The translations under genes were made by a program, and so were the position numbers. Positions 59,554-64,000 of a DNA stretch of 64,000 bases are shown here, one piece after another. The notes below the pieces were generated by a model that was given only the letters and a program-made list of their open reading frames with translations, made no database searches and was not told the origin of the DNA. How positions within the stretch are numbered: the first letter of the stretch is position 1; every line of letters begins with the position of its first letter. The DNA comes from Candidatus Latescibacterota bacterium (lineage in GTDB: Bacteria; Latescibacterota; UBA2968; UBA8231), in NCBI GenBank assembly GCA_965243025.1, contig CBDETY010000003.1:1632001-1696000 (forward strand). Reading direction: 5' to 3'.

Positions 59554-60123
59554 TTGCGGGTTCCAGCTTATTTGAAACGCTCCTTCTCGATCCGGGTCCA
59601 GGCGGAGCTCGCCTTCGCCATTGCCCTTGCCGCCGTACTGAGCCTCTTCAAGCTCAAGCTGCCCCACCTCCTCTACGGAGGCTCGGTGAGCCTGGATTCG
59701 GTTCCCTTGTTCGTCGCCGCCTTCCGGCACGGTCCGGCTGCCGGAGGGATGGCCGGCCTCGCATACGGAATTGTCCACTTCGCCATGTCTCCCTATTTCG
59801 TGCATCCGGTCCAGTTGGCCCTTGATTATCCCCTGGCCTACGCGACTGTGGGGATCGCCGCCCTCGGGGCCTCACGGCGCGTCGCGGAAACGGGTCTTGC
59901 CTGGCCTCGCCTGGCCTCGGCCATCGCGGCGGCGGAGGCGGTCCGGCTTGGCCTCCATTTTCTATCGGGAATCGTCTACTTCGGCCACCTGGCGCCGGAG
60001 GGCATGGAAGTCTGGCGGTATTCCCTCGGGTACAACGCCAGCTATCTCATCCCCGAGGTCGTTCTCTATATCCTGCTCGTGCCCATGGTGTTGCGACGAC
60101 TGCCTCCCCCGACAGGGGGATGA
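59554..60123 (+). CDS. thiT: ECF transporter S component, thiamine-type ThiT
   Basis: E.A..IALA.VLS..K, GGSVSL..VP, R.G...G..AG..YG, HPVQ..LDYP.A, HF.SG.V.F...AP.G....YSL.YN.SY; start approximate. Confidence 0.85.
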   Translation: MRVPAYLKRSFSIRVQAELAFAIALAAVLSLFKLKLPHLLYGGSVSLDSVPLFVAAFRHGPAAGGMAGLAYGIVHFAMSPYFVHPVQLALDYPLAYATVGIAALGASRRVAETGLAWPRLASAIAAAEAVRLGLHFLSGIVYFGHLAPEGMEVWRYSLGYNASYLIPEVVLYILLVPMVLRRLPPPTGG

Positions 60124-60162
60124 CCGGCACCTCGGCAAACTCACTTCCTCTGGAGGAATTCC

Positions 60163-61350
60163 GTGAACCTGGAACAAAACCTGCCGGCAAGACTGGATCC
60201 CTCGCAGCGCCTGCTCATGGGTCCGGGCCCCAGCAATGTCCATCCACGCGTGTACGCCGCCCTGGCAGCGCCCGTGGTCGGGCATCTCGACCCACAGTTT
60301 CTCGAGGTCATGGAGGACTCGAAAGACCTTCTGAGACAGGTGTTTCAGACGCAGAACCGGCTGACCATCTCGGTTTCGGGCACCGGCAGCGCGGGCATGG
60401 AGACCTGCTTCACGAACCTCGTCGAGCCCGGGGACCGGGTCGTCGTGTGCGCCTGCGGAGTTTTCGGCCTGCGCATGCAGGACGTCGCCGAGCGCTGCGG
60501 GGCGGAAGTCCACACGGTTGCCGCCGAATGGGGCCGGCCGGTCGACCCGGATGAGGTCGCCGGAACCCTCGCAGCGATTGCAGGCGATGTAAAGCTGCTG
60601 GCCATGGTGCACGCCGAGACATCGACAGGAGTCCTGCAACCACTGGAGGAGATAGCCGCCCTCGCCCGCGGCCGCGGAGCCCTGCTCGTCGTCGACGCCG
60701 TGACCTCGCTGGCGGGAATCGACGTCGATGTGAACGCCCTGGGTATCGATGCCTGCTACAGCGGCACCCAGAAGTGCCTGAGTTGTCCCCCCGGGCTGTC
60801 ACCCGTAACCCTGAACGACCGCTGCCTCGACCTGATCCGCAACCGGCGCGAGAAGGTTCGGAGCTGGTACCTCGACCTGTCGATGATCGAGCAGTACTGG
60901 GGAAGCGACCGCGTGTATCACCACACCGCCCCGATATCGATGAACTACGCCCTCAGGGAAGCGCTCTCCCTCGTTCTCGAGGAGGGCCTGGAAGCTCGCT
61001 GGGGGCGGCATGCGGAGAATCACCAGGCCCTGGTCCGCGGGCTGACGGCAATGGGCCTCGACCTCGTCGTCGACGAGCCCTTCCGGCTTCCCACCCTGAC
61101 GACGGTGCGGATTCCGGACGGCGTCGACGACGCCGCCGCCCGCCGCCGCCTGCTGGAGGAGTTCAACATCGAGATCGGAGGGGGTCTCGGCGACTTCAAG
61201 GGCAAGGCCTGGCGCGTCGGCCTGATGGGGCACACTTCGAGCCTGGAGAATGTCCTGCTCTTTCTGGCGGCGGCCGCAGCCGTTCTGCGCGGCCAGGGAG
61301 CCTCCGCGAACGCCGGGGCGGCGCTCGAGGCAGCCCTGTCTCCTGGTTGA
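60163..61350 (+). CDS. Alanine-glyoxylate / serine-pyruvate aminotransferase (class V PLP)
   Basis: [65 protein letters not shown]. Confidence 0.93.
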   Translation: MNLEQNLPARLDPSQRLLMGPGPSNVHPRVYAALAAPVVGHLDPQFLEVMEDSKDLLRQVFQTQNRLTISVSGTGSAGMETCFTNLVEPGDRVVVCACGVFGLRMQDVAERCGAEVHTVAAEWGRPVDPDEVAGTLAAIAGDVKLLAMVHAETSTGVLQPLEEIAALARGRGALLVVDAVTSLAGIDVDVNALGIDACYSGTQKCLSCPPGLSPVTLNDRCLDLIRNRREKVRSWYLDLSMIEQYWGSDRVYHHTAPISMNYALREALSLVLEEGLEARWGRHAENHQALVRGLTAMGLDLVVDEPFRLPTLTTVRIPDGVDDAAARRRLLEEFNIEIGGGLGDFKGKAWRVGLMGHTSSLENVLLFLAAAAAVLRGQGASANAGAALEAALSPG

Positions 61351-61451
61351 GCCAGGTTTCCGGTTCGAGCCGGCCGGATACCAGCCCCGTTCCCACGCAT
61401 CGAGCTTCCAGCGAGGGGGACTGGTTCGAACCGGGAGGGAAGCTGTGATTC

Positions 61452-61480
61452 TTGCAGGTGTCATGCGCCAAAGGTAGATT
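61452..61480 (+). promoter_or_regulatory. sigma70-type promoter for thrC
   Basis: TTGCAG-N17-TAGATT. Confidence 0.45.
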
Positions 61481-61550
61481 CCTGACTTTTCCCCCAAAGG
61501 ACTGAACCGGTATCCGCGCGACCTCGAAAACCCTGCACGGCGGAAGGATC

Positions 61551-62903
61551 ATGGGTTATCAGGCCTGGTTCCAGTGCATCAAGTGCAACGAGACGTATCC
61601 GCTTACGGACATGATCTACGAATGCGGGAAATGCGGAGGCCTGCTGTCCGTCCAGCACGACATGACGGAACTGCGGAAGAGACCGGGGCCTGAATGGCGT
61701 GAGCTCTTCGACCGCCGCTACATGCGCACTGTCTTTCCATACGGCAGCTCGGTCTGGGGCAAGCAGGAGATGGTCTGTCCCGAAGTCGACGAAGGGAACG
61801 TCGTTTCGATGTACGAAGGGGGGAGCAACCTGTTCTGGGCGGAGAGGCTCGGCCGCGAGATCGGCCTGGAGGACCTCTGGGTAAAGCAGTGCGGGAACAG
61901 CCATACCGGATCGTTCAAGGACCTGGGAATGACGGTGCTGGTCTCGATGGTGCGCCAGATGCGTTCGGGGGGCACCGACATTCCGGCGCTGATCTGCGCC
62001 TCTACCGGCGACACCTCGGCCGCCCTGGCCGCCTACGGGGCGGCTGCAGGCATTCCCGTTATCACCTTCCTGCCCAAGGACATGATCTCCCTTTCGCAGC
62101 TGATTCAGCCGATCACGAACGGCGCTCTTACGCTGTCGATCCGGACCGATTTCGACGGGTGCATGCAGCTGGTCCAGGAAATCTGCAGGCGCGAGAACCT
62201 CTACCTCGCGAACTCGAAGAACTCCCTGCGCATCGAAGGTCAGAAGACCGTGGCAGTCGAGCTGACCCAGCAGTTCGACTGGAAGGTGCCGGACTGGGTC
62301 CTCATTCCGGGGGGCAACCTCGGCAACGTCAGCGCCCTGGGAAAGGGATTCCTCGAAATGAAGGAGATGGGGATCATCGACGCACTGCCGGGCATTGCCG
62401 TGGCGCAGTCGGCCCAGGCCAACCCCCTCTACCTCAGTTATCTGGACAATTTCGAGTCGTTCGTCTCGCAGCGCGCCGGCAGCACCCTTGCCAGCGCCAT
62501 CCGCATAGGCAATCCCGTCAGCTGGGAGCGCGCCGTCCGCGTTCTCAAGCAGTTCAAGGGGGTAGTGGAAGAGGCGACCGAGCAGGAGCTGTCCGAAGCC
62601 GCCGCCCGGGCGGACCGCACCGGGCTGTTCACCTGCCCCCACACCGGAGTGGCGCTGGCCGCCCTGTTCAAGCTCGTCGAGCGCGGGACTATCGCCCCGG
62701 ATGAAACCGTGGTCGTGATCTCCACTGCGCACGGCCTGAAGTTTCCCGACTTCAAGATCGACTACCATTCCGACAATCTGCGCGAGGTTTTCGGGGTCGT
62801 TCCCCTGAACGCCAACCGTCCCGTCGAGGTCGACGCCGATTACGAGCAGGTGCGCTCGACGGTGCTCAGATCGATCGAAGCGGTACCCACCCTTGCCGGC
62901 TGA
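61551..62903 (+). CDS. thrC: Threonine synthase (plant-like type)
   Basis: HTGSFKDLGMTVLVS (PLP Lys), CASTGDTSAALAAY, NS.R.EGQKT, PGGNLGN, CPHTGVALA, STAHGLKF. Confidence 0.95.
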   Translation: MGYQAWFQCIKCNETYPLTDMIYECGKCGGLLSVQHDMTELRKRPGPEWRELFDRRYMRTVFPYGSSVWGKQEMVCPEVDEGNVVSMYEGGSNLFWAERLGREIGLEDLWVKQCGNSHTGSFKDLGMTVLVSMVRQMRSGGTDIPALICASTGDTSAALAAYGAAAGIPVITFLPKDMISLSQLIQPITNGALTLSIRTDFDGCMQLVQEICRRENLYLANSKNSLRIEGQKTVAVELTQQFDWKVPDWVLIPGGNLGNVSALGKGFLEMKEMGIIDALPGIAVAQSAQANPLYLSYLDNFESFVSQRAGSTLASAIRIGNPVSWERAVRVLKQFKGVVEEATEQELSEAAARADRTGLFTCPHTGVALAALFKLVERGTIAPDETVVVISTAHGLKFPDFKIDYHSDNLREVFGVVPLNANRPVEVDADYEQVRSTVLRSIEAVPTLAG

Positions 62904-62916
62904 TTCGGAAAAACCG

Positions 62917-64000
62917 GTGTCCGGGAAACCTGTCGATTCCCGGAAAGAGGAAACCCCGGCCGCTGCGGAGACCATTCTGCCCGGTGGGGGACTCCCCGGT
63001 GCCTCTACGCGCTCCGTTCACGGGGGAGAAGACCGGGTCAAGGGAGCCAAGTCCCTGACCAACCCGATAGCGCAGACTTCGACCTTCGTCTTCGATACCC
63101 TCGATGAGTTCGAGGCCTACAAGGCGGGCGAGCGGACGCAGTACGAGTACGGCCGCTACGGCAATCCGACCCTGGCCGCGGCGGAGAGGAAACTCGCCGA
63201 CCTCGACCACGCGGCGCAGGCGCTGCTTTTCTCCTCGGGAATGAGCGCGATCTCGACCGCCCTGATGGCGATGCTGCGTTCGGGCCAGCACCTGGTCGTA
63301 ATGGAGGATTGTTACCGGCGTACCGTGCAGCTGTGCGACGTCCTCGGCAAGTTCGGGATCGAGAGCAGCTTCGTGCGCCCAGGGGATTTCGATCAGCTGC
63401 GGCAGGCCCTGCGGCCGAAGACGCGGCTGATCTTCACCGAATCTCCCACCAACCCGCATCTGCACGTCGTCGACCTGGAGAAACTGGTCGCCTTCGCCAG
63501 GGAGCGGCGTCTCAAGGTCCTGATCGACAGCACCTTCGCGACGCCGGTCAACCAGTGTCCCCTCGACTTCGGCGTCGACCTCGTCTTCCACAGCGCCACC
63601 AAGTACCTGGGAGGACACAACGACCTGATGGCCGGATCGGTCTGCGGCGCCGAGGGGATCATCTCCGCCATCAAGGAATTCCGCGACATCGTCGGCACAA
63701 TGGCCGATCCGCACTCGAGCTACCTGCTGATCCGCGGACTGAAGACACTGGCCGTCCGCATGGCGAGGCAGAACGACACCGCGCTCAAAATCGCCGCCTT
63801 CCTCGAAGAGCACCCCAAGGTCAAGCGGGTCTACTACCCGGGTCTTCCCAGCCATCCGGATTACGAAGTCGCCGGAAGGCAGATGCACGGGTTCGGCGGG
63901 GTCGTCAGTTTCGATCTCGACGGCAACCTGGAGACGGCCAGGGATTTCGTTCACAGGTTGTCGATACCTTACCTGGCGCCCAGCCTCGGAGGCGTCGAGA
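62917..64000 (+). CDS. Cystathionine gamma-synthase family PLP enzyme, 3'-truncated by the window end (not in ORF track)
   Basis: Open frame from GTG 62917: TRSVHGGE, YGRYGNPT, FSSGMSA, DCYRRT, ESPTNP, DSTFATP, HSATKYLGGHND, RGLKTL, YYPGL.SHP, IPYLAPSLGGVE. Confidence 0.9.
   Translation, partial: MSGKPVDSRKEETPAAAETILPGGGLPGASTRSVHGGEDRVKGAKSLTNPIAQTSTFVFDTLDEFEAYKAGERTQYEYGRYGNPTLAAAERKLADLDHAAQALLFSSGMSAISTALMAMLRSGQHLVVMEDCYRRTVQLCDVLGKFGIESSFVRPGDFDQLRQALRPKTRLIFTESPTNPHLHVVDLEKLVAFARERRLKVLIDSTFATPVNQCPLDFGVDLVFHSATKYLGGHNDLMAGSVCGAEGIISAIKEFRDIVGTMADPHSSYLLIRGLKTLAVRMARQNDTALKIAAFLEEHPKVKRVYYPGLPSHPDYEVAGRQMHGFGGVVSFDLDGNLETARDFVHRLSIPYLAPSLGGVE

Noticed and set aside
61351-61550. SAM riboswitch or attenuator before thrC
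   Set aside because: No SAM-I core and no Thr-rich leader peptide; only an imperfect inverted repeat (CCGGTTCGAGCC/GGTTCGAACCGG) and a promoter candidate.

Overview
GC-rich bacterial core-genome segment, almost fully coding. I found no prophage, CRISPR array or intact mobile element. The lineage is uncertain; the gene repertoire suggests an aerobic FCB-adjacent organism such as Latescibacterota or Gemmatimonadota (inference). Main content: (i) a 12.4 kb minus-strand respiratory operon, Alternative Complex III (actA-F plus an actG-like gene), then SCO and an A2-type caa3 cytochrome c oxidase; (ii) three tRNAs (Lys-TTT, Arg-CCT, Leu-CAG); (iii) translation and proteostasis genes (cysS, valS, smpB, rph, epmA, trmJ, rqcH-ychF, clpX, clpP, hflKC, orphan groES, trxA); (iv) metabolic genes (ppgK, hisN, coaE, gcvT-gcvP, gmd, a murQ cluster, thiT, a class V aminotransferase, thrC, a partial cystathionine gamma-synthase). 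Best leads: an adjacent plant-type threonine synthase and plant-type cystathionine gamma-synthase; a Cys-rich DnaC/IstB-like ATPase coupled inside smpB-rph; a ClpP with Asn at the catalytic Asp position; a three-part cold-shock protein; a decayed IS3 end; a perfect 3x18 bp repeat abutting tRNA-Arg; and an unannotated 49-aa ORF. No clearly novel multi-gene system is demonstrable from sequence alone. Many start codons were re-called relative to the ORF track.
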